This document shows positions 34,736-49,600 of a stretch of DNA of 64,000 bases, in pieces. The position numbers and the translations under genes were made by a program. The notes beneath the pieces are model-generated. The model was not told where the DNA came from. It saw only the letters and a list, made by a program, of their open reading frames with translations, and did not search any database. This stretch comes from Haliotis cracherodii. Taxonomy: Eukaryota. Every line of letters begins with the position of its first letter. The stretch's first letter is position 1. The stretch covers positions 53,444,001 through 53,508,000 of the forward strand of contig NW_027266308.1 of the NCBI RefSeq assembly GCF_022045235.1, in the 5' to 3' direction.

Positions 34736-36879
34736 TTATACCTCCACAGTATTAAAGGGGACTATGCACTGCCAATATGGCAGTCTACCCAAATTTGATC
34801 CATTTCCGTAAAGGCAATCATTTTGTACATAACCAACTCTCTATTTATTACATATGATTATATATAAAAAGTATAACTACGATATCAAAAGTAATCTTCT
34901 TAAATTCAAGCATGGCATTATGACAACACCCTGACATAGACTAAACATTGGAAACACAGTCTGAAGCATTTACAGTCTCCCTTTACTAGATATATTTATA
35001 AACCTCCGGTGACGTCATCCTATTGTTCACCAGTCGGGTTAAATCTCATAAACAGGGACGTTGTAATGTCCCCGGGATTTTATAGGATATTCAAGTCATA
35101 TTTGCTATATAATGTGTTATAATATCCCAGGGATTTTATATAATGTCCTGGGTATTTTATTAATATAACTTCCGTTCAGATTGTAACATGTAATGAAATG
35201 TAAAATCAAATGACAAATATTTTCTTTATATTCCCGAGGACTGAACACGCAACCTTCGTTTCTGTAGCCCAGTGAGTGTACCACTAGGTTAGAGAGGCGT
35301 TGATAAGTCGCACTGCTTTTAGAATGTCCTTTTCAAGATCCGTATGCCAGCAACAGATATTTTGTTGATAAATGTTGATAAATGTTGTTTAAAGTTTCTT
35401 TTTTTCGGTTTATAAGTAAGATAAAGCACTTCCCCTTGCCAGCGTGTTTTATCCTATACGTGTTTTATCCTATACGTAACTAGAGTGCCGGACAAAATAC
35501 GCTCGTGTTTGATGGTGGCTAAAACTGAAACAAACAAGAAATGGTTATTCGATGGGGATGTATTTAACACGTGTATAGTTACGCGCCTCATGTTTCGGTG
35601 ACTGTTTTCAGAATAGTAACGTTTGGTAATTATATGGTTCAGTCCAATTTTCAAGTGTATATTTTCTTTTGATCGGCATGAAGTTTATTTCATCTACTGC
35701 TAGAAGGACGTCGTCAGACCGAGGGAGCTATATGTTAACACATGCTGTGGGCCAGGCACCGTGTGTAAATGTTGTAACAGCTATTCATATTGGCACTGTC
35801 TGAGACCAACATACCTCTAGCCCTTCCGAAACTTCACAATTTGTTCACATATGAAAAAAATAAGACTGATGGATTTCTTGTTTTCTGCAACGTACACTTT
35901 TCAGATTGGCGTTGACTGCCTATAGTAAAGTTCAGTTTCAATTCGCATCGAAAGGTGAAACGTAATTTATAATTCGGAATTATAGAAATCATTTTAAGTT
36001 AGAAGGGACTCTGGGCAAGGATTAGATAATGGAAACAAAAATAATATTCACTTGTCCTGTATAGTCCGACAATAACTAGCTATTCCACGACCGGTAATAA
36101 CCCCAACATATGTTGTCGTTATCTGCTTTGATCGATGTTTTGTTGTCAAGATTGATTTATGAGTCAACCAATTTCCAACCCACCCAGGACTATCTAATCA
36201 CATATATCACAAGTTATCCCTTGTTTACTACATATATACGCAGTCGACTTCGAATATGACGAACACCATGACACCCAAAAATCGGTTCTGTATCAGATAT
36301 TCTACTAGATATGCTCAATTTATGCTCGAGAGGTGAGTGAGTGAATGTATGAGGGTGACACCCACCCATACATACCCACCCTGATCCACCCTGCCCACCC
36401 TAATCCACCTATCTACTTTTTCACTCTGAGTCCCATTGTTCCTGAATCCTGAATACAGCTTTACACAATTCGAAAAAGCATTGAGATAAGGATGCGAGTT
36501 AAATTGGGGGGGGGGGTCGAACAAAATAAAATAATAACGAACACCCACTAAATATACCGCGATTCCCGCGTACCAAAAGCTAGACAGACTCATAGGAATA
36601 TTTCTTTACCTCCCAAATGATGATAATTTTCTCCACAATATCATCATACTTGGTATTGTATAATATGGAAATATCGGTGAATGTTTGTGCTGTAACCAAT
36701 TTCTCTGTGTTTTTTGTCCGGTATTCTGTACATTGTGTAATACTTATATAAATCAAATGCATATAAGAAGAGCAATAAACTAAATCATTAAAAAATGTAC
36801 AGTAAAATCACATCTGCAACTGAAACAGAACAACGTCCAATTAAAATTGACTTAATGAGTGTCAAGTGCTGTACATCTC

Positions 36880-37094
36880 GAAAGGCGACTATGCTTGTCG
36901 TAAGAGGCGACTAACAGGATCGGGTGGTCAGGCTCGCTGACTTGGTTGATGCATGTCATCGCATCCCACATTGCATGGATCGACGCTCATGATGTAAATC
37001 ACTGGGTTGTCTGGTCAACACTCGATTATAACAGATCGCCGTCAAATAGCTGGAATATTGCTGAGTGCGGCGTCAAACCGCAAACAAACAAACA
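36880..37094 (+). mobile_element. SINE family B, 5'-truncated
   Basis: Family-B body and (AAAC)n tail. Confidence 0.85.
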
Positions 37095-37643
37095 ATATAT
37101 ATTTTTGTCCATTCATAAACAAATGTCTAATTCGGGTCCAATGAAAATTTGAACATGAAAGTGAAAATAAGTTATTTGTCTTTCCTGCATAACATAAAGT
37201 AGTTGAAATTTGCATAAATCAGGTCGAGATCTTATTAATTTTTTTAATGGACCCTGTTCTTTAATCATTGTTATGGCATTGTTTTTACCTTACATAATAT
37301 GTAAATTTCGTGTCTATTATTATAATGTGCGTCCATTTGCACGTGTTCTGCCATTCAGTTTTCAGTATATGTCTTTGTCGCTTTTGCCGGAGGCTTTTTT
37401 TTGGTACTATATTGATTTTTAATACGCCCGCGTGAATGTATTATGCAAGTGAACATTCGGCAAATGATATAGCGACTAAATCAGGTTGAAGCTCATTGGA
37501 GCGTTGTATGAGGAAGATCCATTTGAGGCGTTTCGATTGGTCAATCTGCCGCCGGAAGCCGTGTCAATGTGCTTTGCTTGACAGTATGTTTACAGTGGGT
37601 GGCTGTAGATCGGTGTAGGAAGTTGAACAGTGTCCTCCTCGAC

Positions 37644-40600
37644 ATGGCGTTAATATTCAGCATTGGCAGCATCTTGAATATCGTCCTGGGTCTACTCGTA
37701 GCATTTGTATGTGCGGAGCCTTCGATTCCATTTGACTTCAAGCATGTAGAGATCCTGACGCCTGAATCACATACGTCACTTCAACATAAGCCATTCGTCA
37801 GTGTGATTTACTACTACAAGCGTGGTGAGATGTTTTCTGTGTATTTTATAAATGGCAGATATCTAGTGGGCAGGGCAGCTGTTTACACGCTGCTGATCGC
37901 GCTTCTCTGATTACAACTAGCCTTCATGAATTTGTAGATGAAAGAACCCCACCCCACCCCCAGGTTAGATACGGGTGGTTCTCTCTTGGCACTGTATAGT
38001 CTTCTTCATAAGACACTATACATCCTGCACTAAACAAAATTTTCATTTTTGTCTAATTTATCGAACTAATCCAATATGTTTTATCTGAGCAAGAAATGGC
38101 AATCTGGTATTCAGTTTTGGATACTGGACTGATTTATATACTGGGATCATCCAATCCTTGTACATGTTGTAAGCATCTTTAGGGATTTTTCAGGGGTGCA
38201 CAGATGGAACCTTGTCAAATACACCTCTCCATGCATATGCTTTTCTTAGATCAGGTTTGAAACTTACTGTAGGCCTATATTACATTTGTAGGTACTGGGC
38301 ACACATTTCTGTGAATACTGGGAATGAATTACCTGGATTAATAATATATATGACATTAATTTTACCTTCAACTTCAACAGATCCGTGGCATGTAAATCTT
38401 GTGCCAGGCCAATAGTTATCCATTTGCATGGGTCTTCACGGCCTGCAGTAAAATTACGAGTCAATTTATTTGTCACAATAAGCTGCACTTCGGAGCTCAC
38501 TCTGGCGTAACTTGTCTGGGATATCTGTATAAATGTAATCTTGCTTGCCTTCTTGATCCATAGGGGCGGTCGGGTAGCCTAGTGGTTAAAGCGTTAGCTC
38601 GTCACACCGAAGACCTAGGTTCGATTCCCAACATGGGTACAATGTGTGAAGCCCATTTCTGGTGTCCCCCGCCATGATATTGCTGGAATATTGCTAAAAG
38701 CGGCGTAAAACCATACTTACTCACTCTTGATCCTTACGAAGCTCTGTATGTACTGCTCCACTTTTACTTTCTGACATATCTTCTATTAGCAACTGTCGGA
38801 AGCAGCTAGGGATTTTGCAGCTAGGTTAGCTGTGTTAGGGTTTGGGTAGGTTACCCCCAACTCTATCCTTAGTTCTTGCATCCCCTTTCAGATCAAGCAC
38901 ACCTTTACACTTATTAGGGTAGGGCACCCCTTTCCAGTCAAACACCCTTCGCAATCTAGGTTCTATGCTCCACTCACACAGTGCTACTTAACTGAGACAG
39001 TAGTTCTGGTTGTTTTGGTTTGTTTGTTGTTTAATGCTGCACTCAGCAATATTCCAGCTATTCAAGCGGTCTGCAAATAATCAAGTGGGAGATCTGTAAT
39101 CATATGCAATTTTTTATTTTTTTATATTTTATATGACAACAATGATTACCGACGGTGAGGTGAGGTGAAATTGGGTTTAACGTCGCGTCCAAGATTATTG
39201 CACTTATATAGCGACGTGCATGTACGTGTTTGTGTTTGTGTGGCTGCTTGTACTAGTCCGGACTGATGCCGATTTATAGTGCTAGCCCACTGAGATACCA
39301 TGCCGCAGTTTAACATGAATACCCCACTCAGACACAGTATACTGACTCCGAGCCGACCAGTCCTTGTTTTAGCCCCTTAATGCCGGGCGTCAGACAGGGT
39401 AACAACAAGTACCATCTTTTAACGTCTTTTGGTATGACGCGGCCAGGGATCGAACCCCGAACCTTCCGCTCTTCGGGCGGACGCTCTACCACTAGACCAC
39501 GGAGGCGGTCGATTACCGACGGAAACATGCACAAGCATGGTCATGTGTATCCTGGTGGCAGTCACATATTGTCTTGAGTGAAGCTATATCCTGTTAGCCA
39601 GGCTGTTTAGAGACATACTCTGTGTCTGTTGTTTAACAACACACTCTGCAATATTGTGATCTATGATTGTCATGCAGATAACTCCGGGTTCAGTTCACCA
39701 GCTCATTTCTATTGTCCTGCGGTGTGATATTGTTGGAACATTGCTAAAAGTGACATAAAGGCCATCCAACTCACCCTATCTATATGATGGCAGATACACA
39801 CTGGCAACACAACGTCGTCAGTCTAATAGCAGGCATGATAATAACCAGTTACACTAATCAACCTCCCGAGGTAAAGGAGTTAACTAACTGCAAAAGTCTA
39901 GTTTCCACCCTTGCCGAATTAGGCTGAAATTTCTGGCCTGAAACGTAGCACCACTAGTAGCTGTTATTAGTTATGTCCCTTCTATTGACCAATCAGATTC
40001 CACCTCTCACATTACTTGCTTCAAACAAAATGGCCGCGTCCAGTCAAGACAATCTGATCGATAATCAAAATCTACATTGTGATAAAACTGTTCTTACTTT
40101 GTGAAGTGCATCAAATCACATGAGCACCTTGATTATAAACATGAAAAGATTTTGAAAATATCAATTGATGCAGAGTTGTCGGTACACATGCTTTGCAAAT
40201 CCTGCTATCAACCAAATTTTCCACGTCAGTTTACGAACCTGATTTCAATTTTGGTTACGAGATTTTGATTGGACGATGCATTGACTCGTTAGTCCAACTA
40301 TGATGTTTTGAAATGTCTGCCATTAAAGTTATCTCCTTGTGATAAGAACTCTTGTTGATAAGAAGAAGACTCATCATACAATTCGTTCATTTCAGAGTCA
40401 AGATGTTGGTCTCATGACTTGGAAGTGGAACCTTCGATACTGAGAATTTGTCTAGATACTCTTAATCGTGATAATTTTATGAAATTATTGTTGCAATGTT
40501 TAGAGTTTTGTTTGTAAGTTTCTTAACCATGTCAACGGTTTCACAATTGAAAGGTGTGATCAACTATTAGGCCTAGCTATCGATACAGATCATAGAGATC

Positions 40601-43600
40601 GATAATCGTTTACTAAATATCGATCAATTATCGATAAATATCGGAGAAGTGTCGTAGAAAAAAATCCTAAAGAAATAAACATATTTATCTCCACAGGTGA
40701 GTGGTGGCAGATTTAGTCAGGGATTACTCAGTGGACATTTGATATATAACAAAAACTAGCTACTTTCCATCTTCAGTAATTAACATTGACAACAACAAGT
40801 CTGTTTTGGTAAATCTTTATTTCATCACAATAGTTTATGTAAGGTATTATTGATGACACAATTTTCATATCTATAATCATTAATATTTCTTCCCATCGAT
40901 GATAATTCCGATTATTGATTTATTTTTGCCAGCCCTGTCAGCTATGCACATTATAGGCAGTAGTAATGTTCACATCAAATTGTGTTGATCACTACTGATG
41001 TCTATTCAGTCAAGGACTTAGTCCCCATGCCCAGTCTCTCCATGCTTCAAGCCAAAATAATAATGAAGAGAATCCTGAAACTTGTACATGAATATTCATC
41101 ATGTTCATATTCCGATGAGTTCTGTTTGGACAAGCTTTCTTGTCTTCTATTCCAAAGAACGTTCGTTGCCTGCCTCTGTTTAACACCTGCAGTATATGAG
41201 ATTGAGGTGAATTTATAGAATAACATCTAGTCTCTGAAATGAACATATTTTACAGAAAAAACAGTAATTAACTTACAGTTATAAAATATAATAAAAAGGA
41301 GTCCAGAGACTTTCTTTTTTTTCCTGATACTGCAGTAAGCTAGACTTACCAAACATTATAGACTTGCATTGGCTGTATTGGATATATTTGTTTCAGGGAC
41401 TGTATGACAGACAAGTGAATTTACAGAATTCGTTATTTGTTTGTGAAATTAAGTTTGATAGCTGAGTCTGTTCATACTGAATTGTAAAACAGTCAAACAT
41501 AGGTCTGGGTGCCATTGTTCAAAACTACCTTAGCACTACGACTGTCGTAAGCCTATGTTTAGAAATGGAAGTTACGATCACCTTAGTGCTAAGATCACTG
41601 GACTTTTCACCTGGTTAAGGTTTCCTCAGTTAATCTTTAGCCAAAGAACAAATACCTGTATTTGCTTGGCTGGTGGTTTCAGGCTTTAAAATACTGAAAC
41701 CTAGGTTATGGTTCCGAGCTAGGTCATATTTATCGAAATGATTTTATTGCCATGGAGCATAAGTATTCTTACATGGAAGTACAATTTGCTGTGGATGAGA
41801 TTTCAAAGTGGAAGAGCTCTTTTTCCAAGAACCCTGAAACCTAGCAGGGCATACCTTTATCAGTGATTGTTTAGGTAACATGATCTGATTATACCCTAGA
41901 CATTTGTGTCATGTTCCCGGGGTATGTCTGCACCTGCTCCAGATAAGTCTGCAGCAAATGTCAGTCAAAATTACCAAATGAGAATAATACAAATTCCTCT
42001 TTCATGTAATATAGTTATAACTAGTGTGATGGCTTGGTTGAGGTGACTTTTATTCCTCTGATACTAGAACTAAGAAAAAGGAATAGGCTTCATGGTACAT
42101 CATTGCATTGAATGCAGTGTTATTCAATGCAATCTCCAAATACCTCTGAAAATAGTAATCTGATCTCAAATAAAATCTCAAGTTTTAACAAAATAAAAAA
42201 AAATCCAAATTTACCTGGGAATTGCCCTTATTTTGAATCCTACAAAAATCTCAGTGTTCATGATAAGCTGGACATATTAGAGTGAGTGAGTAAGTATGGC
42301 TCAAATAAGCTACTGGCTGTTTGTGAATGTTATATATATATACACATTTATATCCCAGTAGTACATGTAATATAATTAACGTGATTGATGTGGTTTAGCT
42401 ATTTCCTTGTAAATGCAAGCTTCTGCTGAATTCTTTATTGTTATAATTAGGTGGTAAATTTTGTTGTTGTTTTTTCTTTATGTGTTAAACACTGTTAAAC
42501 ATGTTCAACACATTCAACAAATTTTGACCAAGTTGAACATTTTTGTACATATGCTACACTCTTTGTAATACCCTTCACATGCGCCTCAATACATATGTGT
42601 ATATATGTGCATATGTGTGTAGAAGTACATACGTGAGTAAACTTGTCATGTGAATGCGTCATGTGTGTATATTTACACCAGGAGCAAATCTGCATCATGT
42701 CTGGAGCAGGTGCAAATGTAAATGTGAATTTGCACTGTGTGTATACGATCGTATGTTGCAATGTGAACGTTTATGTTATGGTAAGAGGATGATCTAATTA
42801 ATATATGTTCTTTTGCCAACACCAAACAGTCAACAGTTGCCAACTTTTATGTGTATATACAGAGTTGAGTGGACAGTGTTTTCTTTTGGTTTCAACATGT
42901 TCATGTGTACAAATTAAATCAAACACATGTTGTTTCATGCGAAAATTTTCGGTGAAGTAACTCTCTTCTCTGTCAGCTTTGATTGGAAGACAACCTGTTT
43001 TGCATTGAAAGTCGTGAACAGACTGACGAATATGTGTGCCTTACACAATTTACATACTTTATCTACACCTAAGTTAATTTTCCGGTGAACACATAGTAAA
43101 TCTACATATACACATGTATGTATAGTTACACATCTCCAAAATTACTTACGTTAGTAAATGTTGTGGATGTGAACGGGGTGTAAAAGCGATATGTGGTCAT
43201 TTTGGGCTCCATTCTGCTCCATTTAGCAATTCATATTTGGAAATGACCTGGGTGAGTCCTGGGGTTACTGGGGGGTCAGGTTATAGATATGATGAATATA
43301 GAGGCCCCATCCTCACAGAGAATGCAGAGTGACCACTGAACCATCAACAAATAATCTACATATATTTTTGGTGAAGCCTTATGCTCAGTTTCTGAATTGT
43401 GTATTCCTTGTTTTACATGAAGCAATACTTAGTGGAGAATAGGGCTGAGATGAGTATCCCAGGGAACGGAACCTCTATTATATGACCCTACCTGGGTACC
43501 CGCTGTAGCTCTCAAATGTTGGGAACAAAATGTCCAATTGGGAATTATTACTGGCAAAAAGTATTTTGATACACGTCTAAAACAATCTGGTCATGCATAC

Positions 43601-46600
43601 ACTGAATTTTTATCTTTACCCAAGCATGCATGTTCAGAAAGAAATGTGAACGTTAGTACTTGTAGTGTAACCATGGAGTTACGGTGAATTTTTGTCATTA
43701 CACAATTTGTCACATGACTAACCACATGTCCGGGTAGTCCTGTGGGTGCCGGGGTCGTGCTGAGTACCCACCCGACCAGGGTACCCGAGGTACCCGTCCC
43801 ATCCCTGGTGCAAAAATTTAGATGAGGTGGGATGAAATGGGGTTTAGCAAGAGGTACCAACTTTTAACATCTTTTGGTATGGGCAATATGTGTCCCTGTT
43901 CCTATGTCCCTGAATAATATGCATTTAATTTAAAACAGACATGCAGACACTGTTAAGGTGACTTTTATTTTCGGTGATAAATACTCACTCATTCAGTATA
44001 TTGTGTGGTGAATCTTTAGATCTTCAGACTGATGTGAATACTCAGAGATCATGTTACCTTTTACCTGAAGAGATGATGGGTCATATATCATTGTCAGTGA
44101 CGGAGGAGCAGGGTCACCTCCTGGTCAGTGACTTCAGGGAAAGGGGTACATGCTAGGCCTGGGACTCGGGTACTCGAGTCTGGTGGGCACTGAGTTGTAC
44201 CCAGGTACACACAGGACTAACCGGACCCTTGGTTAGTCATGTGATATATTTTTTTATGACGTTAACAATAGAATTTCTTGGTTACACTTTTTAAGTACAA
44301 GTCGCTAATGTTCACATTTCTTTCTGACTGTGCACACATTCCTTCTGATTTTTATATGTTTGAGTAAAGACAAAGCTTCAGTCAACTCTAGTATATGCAT
44401 GATCAGATCGTTTTATACTATATATAAATATGTTTTGCCAGGGCTCCAGTAAAATAACTTCCCATTTGAACATTTTGTACCTTTTGTAACTTGAGACCTA
44501 GAGTGGGTACCCGGGTAGGGTCGAGTAATAGGAGGTCGGGTACCCGGGTAGTAAATTTAGACTCGTCCCAGCCTTAGTACATGATGTGTCAATTTAATGT
44601 GCATGCGCATGCGAGCGCGCGTGCATGAGCCACTTTCGTTGACATTATTGTTAGAATCCTATAAAGAATCCTGATCTGCAGAAGTGGGAATAGGGTGCTA
44701 CAGCTGTGAAAGAGATGAGAATGGGATGAGGGTGATTGTTTTATGAAATATGACTTACAAGGGTACAATGTAGTGATGTTATAGTTTCTGAATATTCCTG
44801 TTGTAAGAAGGGAACTATATTCAATAATCATTCAACATAATTTTCTGCTGAATGAATCCAGGATGCAATACTTCATATCAGTGATAAAAAAATAATTCAC
44901 TGAAGTAATGAATGTCTACATACATGATATATGGCCATAAGTGCAGCAGACGTTTCTGCAAGACTTAGTGGCTAATGAGCCTTCAGTGTTAATATATAGA
45001 ATCTAAACTTGATAAATCTGCAGAAGGATCAGGATTTGAATCCACAGTTATATTTAAAAGTTTGTCGCCATACCCATGCTCGTGGGTTTGTAAGTTTACC
45101 ATGTCTAAGAGTAAGACCTGCATTTCCTCCCACATCAAGTTGACATGCCGTGATATAACTGAAACACAGTTCAAAGTGGCATTAAACCAAATTCACACAC
45201 TTATTCACTAAAGCTGCAGGTGTTATCCTTTCATGCAGACCATCGAGCATGTTTGTGTGCTAGTTGTCAGTGCCTGTCTGTGTGTTTCAGAACTGCCACG
45301 GTTACGCGCCTTCTTCAAGGAGCTGGACAAGTCGGCCGAGTACCTGGACATCTATGGCACCAAGACTGGCATTGTAAGTAACATGGTGAACACTCACTAC
45401 TTGAATGATAAGTATGTTGTATTGTAATCTTGGTCATTACAGCTGTTTACCCGTGAAGATCGGGGTTAGAATAGGTCTTCAGCAACCCACGATTGCCGTA
45501 AAAGGCGTCTATGCTTGTCGTAAGAGGGGACTAGCGGGATCGGGTGGTCAGGCTCGCTGAATTGGTTGATGCCTGTCATCGTCACCAGTTGCATTGATCA
45601 ATGCTCATGATATCAATCGCTGGATTGTTTGGTCCAGACCGCCATCATTTTGCTGGAATATGCTGAGTCAACATTAAACAACAAACAAACAAACACTGGA
45701 GATGTAACAATTCACCAATCCCTGGGATGTCATTGATACTTAGGTACAGATGATACTGGAATTGTTTCCGAGATCATGGTACGCTAAAATAAAACCAGAA
45801 CTGATAGAATTACCTCCCATAACGGCGGAAGTAGCACAGTGCCACCTATAAGCATGGTGGAACAGGCAGATGTGGTGGTAATAATCTTCAATTTTGGCAA
45901 ATAGAGAAAAAGGTTGTGAAATGTATGAAGCCAAAGGTTTTATAGTTTCAGGGTTCAGTGATTTCATAATTTCTTACTATTTCTTGTGGTGTATTGTGAT
46001 ACCAGTAGTATCGTCAGTCAGTATCTTGGTACATATCGTATCACAAGGTCTCAGGTGATATCCAGCACTGATGTTCAATGTACATATATAGTGAGTGAGT
46101 GAGTGTGTTTGGTTTTTACGCCGCTTTTAGCAATATTCCAGCAATATCACGGCAGGGGACACCAGAAATGGGCTTCACACATTGTACCCATGTCGGGATT
46201 CTGACCCGGGTCTTCAGCGTGATGAGCGAACGCTTTAACCACAAGGCTACCCGACATATATAGAACATAGAGGTGTGATTGTTTTACAGTTCACAATTTT
46301 TACCTTTCCATAGCAACAATGTTGCCTTGGTTTTGAGTAGCCTACCCAAGCTTCAGGAATTGCTTGTATTTGTAGCTGGACTGTAGCAGCGATGCTGTCT
46401 TGGTTGTGAGTAGCCTACCCAGACTTCAGGAATTGCTTGTATTTGTAGCTGGACTGTAGCATCGATGCTGCCTTGGTTATGAGTAGCCTACCCAAGCTTC
46501 AGGAATTGCTTGTATTTGTAGCTGGACTGTAGCAGCGATGCTGCCTTGGTTGTGAGTAGCCTACCCAGGCTTCAGGAATTGCTTGTATTTGTAGCTGGAC

Positions 46601-49600
46601 TGTAGCAGCGATGCTGCCTTGGTTGTGAGTAGCCTACCCAGGCTTCAGGAATTGCTTGTATTTGTAGCTGGACTGTAGCAGCGATGCTGCCTTGGTTGTG
46701 AGTAGCCTACCCAGGCTTCAGGAATTGCTTGTTTTTGTAGCTGGACTGTAGCAGCGATGCTGCCTTGGTTATGAGTAGCCTACCCAGGCTTCAGGAATTG
46801 CTTGTTTTTGTAGCTGGACTGTAGCAGCGATGCCGCCAGCACGGTGGAGGAGTGTAAGACAGCCAGAGTCGAGTACAACGTCTACAGCTACAGGTCAGCA
46901 CTGATGAATATGTCAATGTATTCCTTTACTACACACTTGGCAGTAATTGCTATTTTTAAAGTATTTATATGTTGTACCTCAATAGCTAATACTGCCATGT
47001 GTGTTTTGTTGTTACCATGGTTATAAGCATGTGTGACCTTAGGAAATGAACCTAGATTATATGGGTGTCAATCTGTCATATTGGCCAAAAAACTAACAAG
47101 ACTGCAGAAGTGCCGACATTCAACTGGACAGAAGTCTGTGGTTTGGGGGACATCTGATAATACACCTGTCACAGTTGATTGACAATGAGTTAGATCGAGA
47201 CAATGGTGGACATACACAATGTGTGTGGAAAATCTGGTTCACCGTCGACATCACTGCATTTACATTCTAGGAAGGGATCATTAACTGATCTGGGCAATAT
47301 TTCAGACAATTCTGTTAAAAAGGTAAGTGAACAAGTAATTGACTTTGCAACTCTTCAAGCAAAGTAAGGATAAAAATTTATGGATGAACAACTTCTTTAT
47401 TACAATTAAGAGCAACGTTTCGGTGTAGGTTCTAACACTGTTATCAAGCAAGTGAAGGGCTTCACTTACCGTTATCAAGCAAGACCTCACCACTGCAATG
47501 AAAGAGTTTGGTGTTGGTGTAAAATTTGATTATGACATTGTATGTATCCTTGCGTATACAGATGATATAGCACTACTTGCACAGACAGGTGGATCTAAGT
47601 CTCATGCTTGATGTTTTAAAAAGCTGGTATGGTAAGCATCAGATGACTGTCAACCCCGAAAAATTTAAAGTCATATACTTTAGAAACCCTTCAATACAGC
47701 AAACAGATTTCCACTTTGAGCTTGATGGTTGTGACCTGGAGGTGACAGATAGCTATTTATCATCCAAAACTGGCCCCCAACTGGGTGAGATCAAGCGATA
47801 TCTATTCTGTAATGAAATTGCATCATAATGCTTTGCAGACCATCGTGACGTCATAAGTTACCATGACGTCACAATCAAATGACATCACCAATGGCTGTGC
47901 TACTGAAACTGTTAGCAGTAGTTTTTGCACTTTAGACACTGCTTATAACTTTCTACAAGCTGAAAAAGTTGGATTAATGATGTTGGATGATAAATAAAAT
48001 TTCACCCTCATGTCTTTTGATATCAAATATATCAACGCTCGTTGAAAAAAGTGGAAAAAAATCCTCGGCAAGCCTCGGAGTTTTCCCACTTTTATCAACT
48101 CATGTTGATATATTTGATATCTAAAGACACTCAGGTGAGATTCTCTATAAGTACCCCGGACTCCTTACAGAACATCTAGACTACAGCTTCATGGCTTATG
48201 CAGCTACCAAGTGTGCTGGACGATCGCTAGGCCTTCTGATATCCAAGTTCAAGTCACTGGGAGAAATGAAATACAGGACATACACAAAACTTTATGACTA
48301 GATGGTGTAGTCTGTGTTAGATTATGGAGCAGCTGTCTGGGGATGTTGTGAACAGTCCACGGTAAACTCGATTGTCAACAGAGAATTCTGTGTGTTGGCA
48401 CTTCATTTATTATACACTTTATCTTCTTACAATCTTAGTCTATTTTCTATGTTGGTTATGTGCGAATACATTTTTGAAATATTATCTGTGTCTTATTTTA
48501 TGTGTATACATATCTGATTGTTCCTCCTGTAGGAGTGGCTGGAGTATGTTTCACTTTTGTCTGTATTCTTTCATATTGTACGTAGGCCGATTTATGAGAC
48601 ATAAATAAACTGTCTGTCCGTCATATTGGCCTTTGGCAGGCTGTAGTCCGAGACAGTGCTGAACACACCATATTGGCATAGCATATTGGTAGCATGGATG
48701 GCCGAGCTGCCTAAGGCAATGCAAGTCTCAGCCCTTTGGCATGACACAAACCAATGATTCCCAGATTTGCTTGTTTGTTTTCTCCAACTCGATAAACTGC
48801 GTCGATCATGACACACCATAATACAACTGAAATACTGTTCAAAGCAACATTTGCCCCTACTCACTCAAACCTGTGGTCAAACTCAAACCCTCTAGCCCCA
48901 CTGTATGGTACTGGTGTATTTAGGACTTTTATCACTTGCGTTTGCTCAAATATTGTCAGGATATACAAGTTTCCAGATATCTGAATCCTGTGTAAACTTG
49001 ACCAGAGTTAGCTCTCCTATCAAATTCTACAAAGGCATAAGAAAGTGTGTATTATGCACTGTTGGCAACTGAAATTCACTTTCCAGGGGACAAAAAAGCC
49101 TTTTATGTAGTATTTATTTCATTTGACATGTTGGGTGGTCGGATAGCCTAGTGGTTAAAGTTTCACTCGTCAATGACCTGGGTTCAATTCCTGACATGGG
49201 TACAATGTGTGAAGCTCATTTCTTGTGTCCCCCGGCGTGATATTGCTGGAATATTGCTAAAAGAGGCATAAAACCAACTCACTCACCCTATACCAACCCA
49301 CTCACTCACTCACTCACTCACTCACTCACTCACTCACTCACTCGCTCACTCGCTCACTCGCTCACTCACTCACTCACTCGACATGTTTAATGGTCAAATA
49401 TCATCCGGTAGTCAAGGTTTCCGGGTAACAGGTCCGGATAAGCGGGATTCAACTGTGAGGCTACAATTACCTTGTGGAATGAGAGCCAGATGAGCATTGT
49501 CCCAAACTTGAATGATGTGTGTTGATGTTCCTTGTTGTGATATTTCAGAGATGGCAACAGTCTGCTCACACTGGAGCTGGAGACCATGTTTGATGTCAAC

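Noticed and set aside
44598-44628. Alternating purine-pyrimidine tract (Z-DNA or NRF1-like)
   Set aside because: Short, intronic and unsupported.
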